Assembly (NCBI RefSeq): GCF_009914755.1
Contig: NC_060926.1
DNA length: 64,000 bases
Direction: 5' to 3' (one strand)
Source of the DNA: the human T2T-CHM13v2.0 reference genome, Homo sapiens
How positions within the stretch are numbered: position 1 is the stretch's first letter; each line of letters opens with the position of its first letter. Positions 15,141 to 31,149 of the stretch are shown piece after piece. A program made the translations under genes and the position numbers. The notes under the pieces are model-generated. The model saw nothing but the letters and a program-made list of their open reading frames with translations. It was not told where the DNA came from and did no database searches.

Positions 15141-15638
15141 ATTATATATAGGACACATAACTTCCTTTAAATAAATAAATCATGTGCTATTTCTATTTTA
15201 AGCAGAAAGAAGGATACTAATGTAACATGAATCTGCAATCTTTCTTGTAGTGATAGCCATAATAACTTGCTGGGAAAAATTATGTACGTAATAACATGAG
15301 ATTTTATGATCTCTCTCTGTCTCTCTCTCTGTCTCACTCCCTCCCCCCCCCATTTTGTAGTAATCTGTGAAGAAAAAATGTGGGTGACAAGATCTTTATA
15401 AGGTTCCATCCAAACCTTAGGTTATGTAAGTCTAGCTAAGTTCATTTAATAAATGGTTACATTTAGTATTTGAAACATCAGATGGCTCATTCAAGTATAT
15501 AGAAGTGCAAAGCAACAGTGTCACCAACTGTCATCAACTCATCTACTCTAATTCAACTTGCTCATTTGTCATCAGAAATGTGGAAATCACCAATGCAAAA
15601 TCCAGCCAATTTACAACTACTTCAAAAGTAAACACCAA

Positions 15639-17640
15639 GTTCTCCTTGAATAGTGGTGCTCAAGGAAATCAGAGAGAACACAAACAAATGGAAAAACATT
15701 CCATGCTCATGAATAGGCAGAATCAATATCATAAAAATGGTCATGCTGCCCAAAGTAACGGACAGATTCAATGTTATTTCCATTAAACTACTGTTGACAT
15801 TCTTCACAGAATTAGATAAAAATTATTTTAAAATTCATATGGAACCAAAAAAGAGCATGTATAGCCAAGACAATCCTAAGGAAAAAGAACAAAGCTGGAG
15901 GCATCACTCTACCTGACTTCAAACTATACTACAAGGCTACAGTAACCAAAACAGCATAGTACAAAAACAGACACATAGACCAATGGAACAGAATAAAGAA
16001 CTCAGAAATAAAACTGGATATTTACAACCATCTGATCTCCAAAAAACCTGACAAAAGCAAGCAATGGGGAAAAGATTCCCTATTTAATAGATGGTGCTGG
16101 GAGAACTGGCTAGCCATAAGCAGAAAATTGAAACTGGACCCCTTGTTACACCATATACAAAAATGAATTCAAGATGGGTTAAATACTTAAATGTAAAACC
16201 CAAAACTACAAAAATCCTAGAAGAAAACCTGGGCAATGGCATTCAGGACATATGCATGGGCAGATTTCATGACGAGAAAATCAAAAGCAATAGCAACAAA
16301 AGCAAAAATTGACAAATGGTATCTGATTAAACTGAAGAGCTTCTGCACAGCAAAAGAAACTATCATCAGAGTGAACAGACAACCTACAGAATGGGAGAAC
16401 ATTTTTGAAATCTATTCATCTGACAAAGGTTTAACATCCAAAGTCTACAAGGAACTTAAACAAATTTACAAGAAAAAAAATAGCATTAAAAAGTGGGCAA
16501 AGGAGGCTGGGTTTCGTGGCTCATGCCTGTAATCCCAGCGCTTTGGGAGGCCAAGGCAGGTGGATCACAAGGTCAGGAGTTTCAGACTAGCCTGGCCAAG
16601 ATGGTGAAACCCCGTCTCTACTAAAAATACAAAAATTAGCTGGGCAAGGTGGCAGGCGCCTGTAATCCCAGCTACTCGGGAGGCTGAGGCAGGGAATTGC
16701 TTGAACCCAGGAGTCAGAGTTTGCAGTGAGCCGAGGTGGCGCCACTGCACTCCAGCCTGGGCAACAGAGTGAGACTCTGTCTCAAAGAAAAAAAAAAAGT
16801 GGGCAAAGGACATAAACAGACACTTCTCAAAAGAAGACATTTATGTGGCCAACAAACATGTAAAAAATACCCTCAACATCACTGATCATTAGAGAAGTAC
16901 AAATCAGAACGACAGTGAGATACCATCTCACACCAGTCAGAATGATGACTATGACAAAGTCAAGAAACAACAGATGCTGGTGGAGCTGCAGAGAGATACA
17001 AAAAATTTTATACTGTTGGTGGGAAAGTAAATTAGTTCAACCATTGTGGAAGACAGTGTGGTGATTCCTCAAAGACCTAGAACCAGAAATACCATTTGAC
17101 CCAGCAATCCCATTACTGGGTATATACCCAAAGGAATATAAATCATTTCTATTACAAAGATAAATGCATGCATATGTTCATTGCAGCAGGGACAATATTC
17201 ACAATAGCAAGGACATGGACTTAAATGTAATGCCCATCAATGACAGACTGGATAAAGAAAATGTGGTACATATACACCATGGAATACTATGCAGCTGTAA
17301 AAAGGAATGAGATAACAAGGACATGGATGGAGCTGGAAGCCATTATCCTCAGCAAACTAACACAGGAACAGAAAATCAGATACCACATGTTCTCAATTAT
17401 AAGTGGAGCTGAACAATGTGAACGCATGGACACAGGGAGGGGAACAACACACAATGGGGCCTAGAGGCAGGTGGCGGGGGAAGAGAGAGCACCAGGAAAA
17501 ATAACTAATGCATGTTGGGCTTAATACTTAGGTGATAGGTTGATAGGTGCAGCAAATCACCATGGCAGACGTTTACCTATGTAACAAACCTGCACATCCT
17601 GCACATGTACCCTGGATCTTAAAAAAAAAAAAAAAAAAAA
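15639..17640 (+). mobile_element. L1PA (approx. PA8-13), 5'-truncated, with tiny 5' inversion and internal Alu
   Basis: ORF2 3' third ([25 protein letters not shown]; WIKKMWYIYTMEYY), 3'UTR, poly-A 17619-17640. Confidence 0.95.
16505..16798 (+). mobile_element. AluSg-like inserted in L1
   Basis: TSD aaaaagtgggcaaagga on both sides; cctggccaagatggtg. Confidence 0.96.
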
Positions 17641-18529
17641 GTGTGCACCAAAATGATACAGTCCTCAAAAAAGAAATATAAAAGATATTTTCATAAAATT
17701 TTATGTCAAATTTCCCCTTTAGTTAGACTTTTTAAACTTTCTTAAGTATTTATTTAAAATGGGAAACTTCATTTTTGTTTCATCTAGAGCTTCTATGGAC
17801 TGGCACTATATATTTAAAATTAAAACAAAAGCCAGTATAGCAAATATACAGCTCTCAGACCTCCCACCTTATCTGGGTTTGTTCCAGACACTTCCTTATG
17901 GTATGGCACTCTGGGGAGCAGATATCCATTGCTAATTAATCACCATTGATATTCAAGATAAGACTAATTTGTCTTCCCTGATGTATAATAATCCAGCCAG
18001 TTTTATAAATATTTTATTAAAATAAAATATTTTATTTCCTCAGGAAAAACATTAAAAGATATCTTTAGACTCATTTTGAAATCTAGACATGCCCCAAGGA
18101 ATAATATCTTCTCGTATATGTTTAGTTCCTATAAATTGATGGGGGTATACAAATCAGTAGCCTAAATAATTAAATTATCTTTTAATAGGTTTATGTCATT
18201 ATTCATGTTATTTTTATTATATATTGTACTTAAATATGTTAATAAATATACTTAATCTTATATTTTAGTTGGAAAAACAATCCAAAGTACCGATATTTTA
18301 ATATTTTCTAATGCAGCTGCATATGGATGTGTTTGTGTATATACTGAGAGTTATTCCCTAGGCCTAAACTGTGCACCATCAGTAATCAGACATCTCTCAG
18401 CAAGTATAGGATAGCAGCTTGTCAGCTTGGTAGGATAGAAAATCCCTTTGGTAAGCTGTAACCACCATTAAATTTCTTTCCCAGATCTCACCATTTGGGT
18501 AGATACTGTACAAACTAGGATAAATAGCC

Positions 18530-18680
18530 TATATTCATTAGTATTTACCATGTGCTAAATAATTAACATGTATTATATAATATCTTCAACAACTCTATAC
18601 AGTACATATTACAGAAAGACCCATATCACGGATGAGAAAATTTCAACTTGGAGCTGTTAAGTAGCTTGTCCAAGGTCAAT
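18530..18680 (-). mobile_element. MIR remnant
   Basis: gatgagaaaatt...gttaagtagcttgtccaaggtca. Confidence 0.6.
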
Positions 18681-18938
18681 GATCATGTTTTAATAGGGTA
18701 AAATTATATAAGGTATACAAGTTTGATATGGGTATTCAGCATAGTTGGACTAGCATCCGTATATATCCTCATATCTGTGCCCTCTGATTTTCAAGTATGA
18801 AATTGAGAGAACACGAGACAATATTATTTTTTATACAAAAACGGGACAACACAAATGAGAATTAATATGTTCTTCCTAATTTATTTCAACATGAGTATAA
18901 GAGATGGCAGTTAGACTATCAAAAGAAATCTACCTTTT

Positions 18939-19312
<374 letters not shown>

Positions 19313-20059
19313 CTATCAGCAAGTTAGAAAAAAATGTATTTTATTCTTTTGTTTCATTTTTGTCACATGTTTTTCTAGACTGGTGGATAGGGAATGCCAG
19401 AGACAGGTAATAATTATGAATAAAATATTGTTTATTGAAACCTATGATATTATTTGTTCTTACCTTGCCATTTGTTCCTTCATGTTTAAAGGGAGGGAGA
19501 TGACCTAAATAAAGTACCTTTCATAGCACCTGGAATATATTAAGTGCTCAATAGATGATAGCTCCCTTTTCCTTTTTGCTTTCTCTTCATTGAAGCAGAA
19601 CTGCTAACTCAGATACCTGCATGTCACGGGACCACTTTCTTTCAAGATTGTGGGTTTTTGGAAAGTTTGGGCATATGTTATTATAGTTGCATACTAACCG
19701 AAATGGTAACTTAATTGAGTCCCAGATGAAGGGGTTTTAGTATTGAATTTAGTGCTTAGCTTTAGTTTATTTTATGCATTTTCTGAGGCATTGTGTGGCC
19801 TTCTAACTTTCCACAAAGCCAGGTGTTCTGTCTGTAGAAAGTGCAGTTATGGTTATTTTATCTGGTGCCTGTGTGTTCTTTGCACATGTCAAAAACCAAA
19901 ACAACAACTGAAAACACATCTGCATCTTATGATGTGATTATGTCCCCATTGAAAAAGCAAGTTGTTCAGGTATTTCATATTATCTTATCCTCATTTTCAT
20001 CCGAAGGGCCTAGGACTTTTCATGCTGCCCTTTTTCCCCCTGTGATATCTACATTTTAA

Positions 20060-20363
<304 letters not shown>

Positions 20364-21449
20364 GATATCTACATTTTAAAAGAAAGAACATTTAAATTTG
20401 TCTTCAAGGTTATTTTATGAAGTGATATCATTGCATTGACTCATTCAAAAGGGGGAAGTAACGTCTCTTGTTTGGGAATTGTGAAGAGTGGAATATATAG
20501 AATGAACAGAAAAAAATACCATTCACAGAAGGACCCACCAGCACACTTGCTCATTTATTTACCGAGTGTTAGAAACGCCTTAGTTTCATGCCAGACCCTG
20601 TGATTGATGAAATTGAGCTTAAAATAAATGAGATCTGATTTTTCTTTTCACAGAATTTATAGAAGTCCAGTGTGTAAAGTTGACCTCCAGGCTTTTTCCA
20701 AGTAAGCCAATAGCTACTTGTTCAATGTTTAATTAACAGCAGCAAACAGATGTTGTTGAATAAATGACTAGAAAAAGTAAAGGGCCAGTATGGACAGAAA
20801 CATTTTTCCTTTTCTCTGAAATGCCAAGATTGCAATGACCGTTGGAGTTGGTCATAAATGGCTGAGTACAAAACTATTGAAACATCTTGCCTTCCACTTG
20901 CTTGTAACTACATATAGTGCTTTGCTTCAAATTCCAGAATATTTTTATGAAACATCTCATAAAAATCACATTTATGGAAGAAGCAAATAAAGGCAACAAC
21001 TATATTATATATTTAACAATTTTGCAATCTTCAATTTTAAAAAATAACTGTTTTGTAGATTTTCTTCAATAAATGAAGCACTTTGCTTTCTTAAAATAAG
21101 CTATAAGTGATTAATAAATACAAGATGCTAAATCAAGGCTTAGGATTTTAATGACTCAACTATTAATACTATGATAAATTCATAATAAGAGAGAATCAGA
21201 ACATTGACACATTGATCATACATTTCCTAAAATTAAACTACATCAGATGGAGACTGTGGTATCATGCAGATCCCTTATTCCGGTGATCACGTATTTCAGA
21301 TTTCCCAGTGTATTAGAAAAGATCTGCCTGTCTCTCCCCCAACTGTATCTAATAAATGAAGTTTCATTATATTTGACCAGTATATTCATATTGTAGATAT
21401 TGAAAGGTAAAAGAAATCAAACAGATTCTGTCTCTCCTGCTATTTTTGG

Positions 21450-21660
21450 AAGAGTTGGAGCTAAGTTTGAATCCCAGCTGTGCCATTTGCATGCCTCATG
21501 GCCTAGTTTGAATGTCTCATTCTCTCCGTTGAAATCCTCCTTTGTACAATGTGAATAATACTAATGGTGTATTCTAGTATGTGTGATGGAGGCTTTACTT
21601 ATATAAGGTACATAAAAGTAATAAGTATCTGATGCATAATGTATTCTCTATATATTAGTT
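21450..21660 (+). mobile_element. MIR remnant
   Basis: gtttgaatcccagctgtgccattt...cctttgtacaatgtgaataata. Confidence 0.55.
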
Positions 21661-21910
21661 CTTTCTCTTTGTTCTCTGCAAATGGTTCCTAAACCCACAA
21701 GCATCTTTGCATAAGCATCAGGATTATAAGCAGCATCAAGTAAATTTAGGCAGGAGAGGACAATCTTGGGCAGGCACCTGTTACTGATGTTTATACTACA
21801 ATTCTCTGTTGAAGGTATGTGATGTTTGTCCTACCCCAAATATCTGCAAATTCAGAAAAGATCCTGAGGAATAGTAAGAGATAAGTCCCTCCTTTCTATG
21901 TCTTTGAAGG

Positions 21911-22085
21911 CAGTAGCTTCCAAACGTGGCTCTACAAATTAATGATTCCTGAGCCCCAACACAGCAGATTCTGATTCAGTATCTGGCTGAACCTGGACTG
22001 ATGCTCAGGAATCTGTATATTTAACATTTCTGTCAAGTGATTTTAATATGAGCAGCATTTGATCATCACCACATTTTGTGACACC
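21911..22085. mobile_element. MER5A-like hAT-Charlie DNA transposon remnant
   Basis: gattcctgagcccca..cagattctgattcagta...caggaatctgtatatttaaca. Confidence 0.65.
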
Positions 22086-22176
22086 GTGTTCAGTCTAAAG
22101 TCTATAATTCCTGTTTGTAGAGAAGGTAGATAGCCCTCACTTTTGAAAATTAGCAATAATTAGAAAAAGAGACTCC

Positions 22177-22567
22177 TGCTATGGTTTGAATGTCTCTCCC
22201 ATAATTCATGTGTTAGAAGCTTAACCCCTAATGCAACAGTATTGGAAAGTAGGGTCTAGTAAGAAGTGATTAAGTCATGAGGGCAGAGACCTCATCAATG
22301 GATTAATGTTGGTCTCACAGGAATGGGTTAATCATTGCAAGAGTGGGCTTGTTATAAAAGCAAGCTTGGCCCTCTTTTGCATTTTCACTCTTACATCCTT
22401 TCTTTCCCTTCTGCCTTCTTGGATGATGCAGCAAGAAGGCCCTCACCAGATATGAGCCCCTGGACCTTCGACTATTTTTTTTTTTTTTTTTTTTAGAACT
22501 CAAATAAATTTCTCTTCTTTTCAGTCTCAGGTATTCTGTCATAGCAACGGCAAAGCAGACTAAAACA
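22177..22567 (+). mobile_element. MST (C/D-like) MaLR solo LTR
   Basis: tgctatggtttgaatgt...gactaaaaca; TSD actcc/attcc. Confidence 0.88.
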
Positions 22568-23316
22568 ATTCCTCATTTTAAAGAAGATCTTGAATCCATT
22601 TTGCTGTCTTGAAGTGAACTGACCTTAAAATGTGTTTTAGTTATAAGCACCCATTTTCTAACTTCTCTCTCCAATGCTATGTTCATAAAATAACAAGAAC
22701 AGCGACAGCAACAACAACAGCAATTTACTGGATGAACCTGGCAAATATAATCTGATTCATTAGCAGTTACAAATTATAAACTTCATGCTAGAAAATAACC
22801 CTTTATTATAATATAGGTAGTACCTGCTGAGAGAATTAAGACTAATTCCCTGGGAACTTTCCTGAAGATGTTATGGTTTATTGCTCTGAGAGATATTTTT
22901 GCTGCTTCTGGCAGAACATTCAGTTTCATTTGGTTGTTTACATTTAATTTAATTTATTATCATTAACCTTCTGGTTAAGACCATTTTGGTCAAACTTCTT
23001 CTTATATGACAGTATCCATCTGTCTCTTTTCCTTTGTGTTAGGAAATAAGGGAATTGAAATACACTTTTGGCTTTAAATTAAGTTCATCTATTGCAACAA
23101 CAAGTACAACCAAGTTCATATTTGATATCAAATATTTCATTCCTTTCTAAATTCTGTACAACTGTAGGACTGCTATTGTCCCCACAGCATCTGGGTCAGC
23201 ATGTGTGACAGTCATTTCAATAATATAAACCTGTTATTAAAAATATACACATTAGTTTCTCTATGAAGGAATAGTTTTGACTGCAATAGAAAGATGTTTA
23301 AGCAAAACTCTGGCCA

Positions 23317-23323
23317 TCTCTCT

Positions 23324-23363
<40 letters not shown>
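23317..23363. repeat. compound (TC)n(TG)n microsatellite
   Basis: Direct inspection. Confidence 0.95.
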
Positions 23364-23367
<4 letters not shown>

Positions 23368-24439
23368 ATTTGCTAACATTGTTCCCAATTGGTTAACTAG
23401 TCTTATACAGGATTCTAGAAGGTTTTAGAAGCCAAATGAGTATAACATATCAGAACACTGCATAAAACTGATTTATTGAGATTCAGCTTTTAAGACATTC
23501 AACTTTTAAGACATCTAAGGAAACAAATAAAATATATGGATCTACCTCTGTTAATTTAACAGTACACATGTTTGGCCTCTTTTTTGCGGGGGGAATTGGA
23601 TACCTTTTCTTGTGGATTTTGTGTTTTGTGAACTACTTTGGGATAAGTTGCTGATAGTTCCTGTTTTGCTGACTCTAGAACATATGTGCCAAACATGTTT
23701 TTTCTCAAAATTTTCATGTGTCAAAGAAAATTTAATCCTTATTTTTTTATTTACATTTATACTTAAACTCATCAAAACATTATTATGCAAAAGCTTTTGA
23801 ATTCCAAGAGACATTATAGGGCCTAAAAGTCCCAAGAAAACACTCTTCTAAAATTAAAATATTTTATCATTAGAATGTTCATTTAAAATTTTTAACATAT
23901 ATTTGAAGAAACCAAAATAACAAACAGATTATGTTCCCCTTTTTTGACTGCCATTCTCTATAATTCAAAACTAGCAAATCGTGCATAAATATTGTGTACA
24001 GACTACTAACATTTAGTAAGTCCTTTCCTTTTAAGGAATCCAAAACAATGTGAATTGAGATTTCTCAATTTTAGATCCCATTATCTTGGCTCCAGTATTC
24101 TCATGGTTGTAATTCAGAAAATGCATACATAAAACCTATTGCACAGGACAATTAGCTATACACACACAATCATCACAGAGCCCTGTGAAATAAAATGCAG
24201 ATGAGAAGAGAAATAAGAAATATCATCAATGTATGAAGGATTTTAAAAACATTCTAGAGGTTGATGATGAGACCATGAACATAAATGAAGCTGAGCAGAA
24301 ATGACCGAAGACTGAAGGAATATAGGAGGAAATTTCCAAGCAGCTGGTACCAGTCTTCCACAAAGCATATCTTAACGGATCAAAAAGATGTTTTTTTTTA
24401 AAGGGTCTAAAACTTGAAGATTAACTGAAGGACTTATAA

Positions 24440-25790
<1,351 letters not shown>

Positions 25791-25974
25791 TTTTACATTA
25801 AAAACAACAACAAAATTTTTCCTAGGATTCATCTGTTTGACAGCATATAATGCCTTCAAGTGAATTTTCACTGTTATATAGTGTTGCATTTTGTGAGCTA
25901 TGAGATTTTTTTCACAGATGGACATTTAAGTTGTTCTCATGTTATTGTTATGAACAAGACTGTTATGAACATTC

Positions 25975-26655
<681 letters not shown>

Positions 26656-27114
26656 AAAGGACACATACACCCTCCCAAGACTGAACTAGAAAGAAACTAA
26701 ATTCCTGAACACACCTACAATGATCTCTAAAACTGAATTAGTAATAAATAGCTTACCAACCAAATAAAAGCCCAGGACCAGATAGATTCATAGACAAATT
26801 CTACCAGCCGTACAAAGAAGAGCTGGTAACATTTCTACTGAAACTATTTGAAAAAAATGAGAAGGAAGGACTCCTCCCCAACTTATTCTTTGAGGCCAGC
26901 ATCATCCTGATATTAAAGTCTGACAGAAACACAGCAGTAAAATAAAACTTCAGGCCAATATCTTTGATGGACATTGATGAAAAAATCTTCAACAAAAAAA
27001 CACTAGTGAAACACATCCAGCAGCACAACAAAAAGTTAGTCCATCATGATCAAGTTAGCTTTATCCCTGAGATGCAAAGTTGGTTCAACATACGCAAATT
27101 AATAAATGTGATTT

Positions 27115-27418
<304 letters not shown>

Positions 27419-27904
27419 AAATAAATGTGATTCATCACGTAAACAGAACTAAAATACAAAAACTACATGATTATCTCAATAGATGCAGAGAAAGCTTCTG
27501 ATAAAACTCAACATTCATTCATGTTAAAAACTCTCAATAAACTAGCTATTGAAGGAACAGACCTTAAAATAGTAAGATCCATCTATGACAAATCCATAGC
27601 CGACATCTTACTGAATGGGCAAAAGCTTGAAACATTTCTCTGGAAAACTGGCATGAGACAAAAATACCCTCTCCATCACTCCTATTCAACAAAGTATTGG
27701 AGGTCCTGGCCAGCGTAATCAGGCAAGAGAAAGAAATAAACGACACCCAAATAGGAAGAAAGGAAGTCAAACTATCCCTATTTGCAGAAGATATGATTCT
27801 ATACCTAGAAAACCCCAGAGTCACAGCCTAAAAGCTCCTTCAGCTGATAAACAACTTCAGCAAAGTTTCAGGATATATCAATGTACAAAAATCACTAGCA
27901 TTCC

Positions 27905-28260
<356 letters not shown>

Positions 28261-28822
28261 TCAATTCACAATACTCACAAAAATAATAAAATTCTTAGGA
28301 ACAGCTAACCAGGGAGTTGAAAGATCAGTACAATGAGAATTACCAGACATTGCTTAAAAAATCAGAGATGAAACAAATGGGAAAACATTTCATGCTCATG
28401 GATAGGAAGAAATTAATATGGTTAAAATGGTCATACTGTCCAAAGCAATTTACAAAATCAATACTATTCCTATCCAACTACCAATGATATTTTTTACAGA
28501 ACTAGAAAAAACTATTTTAAAATTTATATGGAAGCAGAAAAGAACTTAAATATCCAAGGCAATCCTAAACAAAATCAACAAAGCAGGAGGCATCACGTTC
28601 CCGGACTTCAAACTATACTACAGGGCTGTAGTAACTAAAACAGCTTGGTCCTATTAGTACAACATAGACCTCATGGTACAAAAGCAGACACATAGATCAA
28701 TGGAACAGACTAGAGAGCCCAGAAATAAGCCATACACCTATAACTATCTATCTGATTTTCAAGAAAGTTGACAAAAATGAGCAATGGGGAATGAACTCCC
28801 TATTTAATAAACGGTACTAGGG

Positions 28823-29839
28823 TATTGGGGGAACCCAACCCCAATATTTCAAAGTAGGTTCTTTCTATTTTCCATAAGTGTCAGCCAGCTGAGAAATAAA
28901 GAGAAAGAGTACAATAGAGGGATTTTACAGCTGGGCCGCTGGGGGTGACATCACATATTGGTAGGACCATGATGCTCACCTGAGGCTCAAACCAGAAAGT
29001 TTTTTATTAAGGGTTTCAAAAGGAGAAGGGGTGTGAAACAGGGAGTAGGTACAAAGATCACATGCTTCAAAGGGCAAAAAGCAGAACAAAGATCACATGC
29101 TTCTGAGGGAACAGGACAAAGACAAAGCAGAACTACTGATAAAGGTCTATGTTCAGCTGTGCACGTATTGTCTTGATAAACATCTTAAACAACAGAAAAC
29201 AGGGTTCAAGAACAGAGAACTGTTCTGACCACAAATTTACCAGGGCGGAGTTTTTTCCCCACCCTAATAAGCCTGAGGGTACTGCAGGAGACCAGGGCGT
29301 ATCTCAGTCTTTATCTCAACCACATAAGACAGACACTCTCAGAGTGGTCGTTTATAGACCTCCTCCCAGGAATGCATTCCTTTCCCAGGGTATTAATATT
29401 AATATTCCTTGCTAGGAAAAGAATTTAGCAATATCTCTCCTACTAGCATGTCTGTTTATAGGCTCTCTGCAAGAAGAAAAATATGGCTCTTTTTGCCCAA
29501 TCCCACAGGCAGTCAGACCTTATGGTTGTCTTCCCTTGTTCCCTAAAAATTGCTGTTATTCTGTTCTTTTTCAAGGTGCACTGATTTCATATTGTTAAAA
29601 CACATATGTTTTACAATCAATTTGTACAGTTAACACAATTATCACAGTGGTCCTGAGGTGACATATATCCTCAGCTTACGAAGATAACAGGATTAAGAGT
29701 TTAAAGTAAAGACAGGCATAAAAAATTATAAAAGTATTATTTGGGAACTGATAAATCTCCATGAAATTTTCACAATTCATGTTCCTCTGCCACGGCTCCA
29801 GCCAGTTCCTCCGTTTGGGGTCCCTGACTTTCTGCAACA
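28823..29839 (-). mobile_element. MER11 (A-like) solo LTR of HERV-K11/HML-8
   Basis: Reverse complement begins tgttgcagaaagtcagggaccccaaacgg and ends ttcccccaata; 6-bp TSD ctaggg/ctaagg; agatcacatgcttc repeats. Confidence 0.92.
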
Positions 29840-30989
29840 CTAAGGTAACTGGCTAACCATATGTAGAAGATTAATACTGGACCCCTTACTTGTACAATAT
29901 ACAAAAATCAACTCAAGATGGAATGAACACTTAAATGTAGTTCTCAAAACTATAAAAACCTTGGAAGACAACCTAGGAAATACCATTCTGGACACAGGAA
30001 TTGGCTAAAAATTCACAACAAAGACGCCAAAAGCAACTGCAACAGAAACAAAACTTGACAAATAGAATCTAATTAAATTAAAGAGCTTCTGCACAGCAAA
30101 AGAAGTTATCAATGAGTAAACAGACAACTTACAGAATGGGATAAAATATTTGCAAACTATGCATCTGACAATGGTCTAATATCCAGCTTTTTAATTTTTA
30201 AATTTGTTTAAGGAAAGTAAATAAATTTATAAGGAAAAAACAAACAGCCCCATTTAAAAGTGGGCAAATGATATGAACAGACACTTTTCAAAGAAGATAT
30301 ACCTGAAGCCAACAAGCGTATGAAAAAAAAAAAGCTCAAATCATTTGTCATCAGAAAAATGCAAATAAAAACCACAACGAGATGTTATCTCATACCAGTC
30401 AGAATGGCTGTTGTCAAAAAGTAAAATAATAGTAGATGCTGGAGAGGTTGCAGAGAAAAGGGAATACTTATATACTGTTGGTGGGAGTGTAAATTAGTTC
30501 AATCATTGCAGAAAGCAGTATGATGATTCCTCAAAGAGCTAAAACCAGAAATACCATTAGACTCAGGAATCCCATTACTGGTATATACCAAGAAATGTAA
30601 ATAATTCTACCATTAAGACACATGGGCATGTATGTTCATTGCAGCACTATTCACTACAGCAAAGACATGGAATCAATATAAGTGCCTATCAATGGTAGAC
30701 TGAATAAAGAAAATGTGGTACACATAAGCACATATGCACCATAGAATACTCTGCATCCATAAAAAAAGAATGAGGTCATGTCCTTTGTAGGAACATGGAT
30801 GGAGCTGGAGGCCATTATCCTTAGAAAACTAACACAGGAACAGAAAACCAAATACAGCATATCCTCACTTATAAATGGGAGCTAAATGATGAAAACACAA
30901 GAAGGGAACAACAGACACTAGAGCCTACTTGAGGGTGGAGGGTGGAAAGAGGGAGAGGATCAGAAAAAGTAACAATTGAGTACTAAGTT

Positions 30990-31149
30990 TACAGGCACCC
31001 GCCACCACGCCTGGCTAATTTTTTGTATTTTTAGTAGAGACGGGATTTCACCGTGTTAGCCAGGATGGTCTCGATCTCCTGACCTCATGATCTGCCTTCC
31101 TCGGCCTCCCAAAGTGCTGGGATTACAGGCATGAGCCACAGCGCCAGGC
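30990..31149 (-). mobile_element. AluY fragment: left arm plus start of right arm, no tail
   Basis: ttcaccgtgttagccaggatggtctcgatctcc; fused directly to the L1 3'UTR. Confidence 0.93.
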
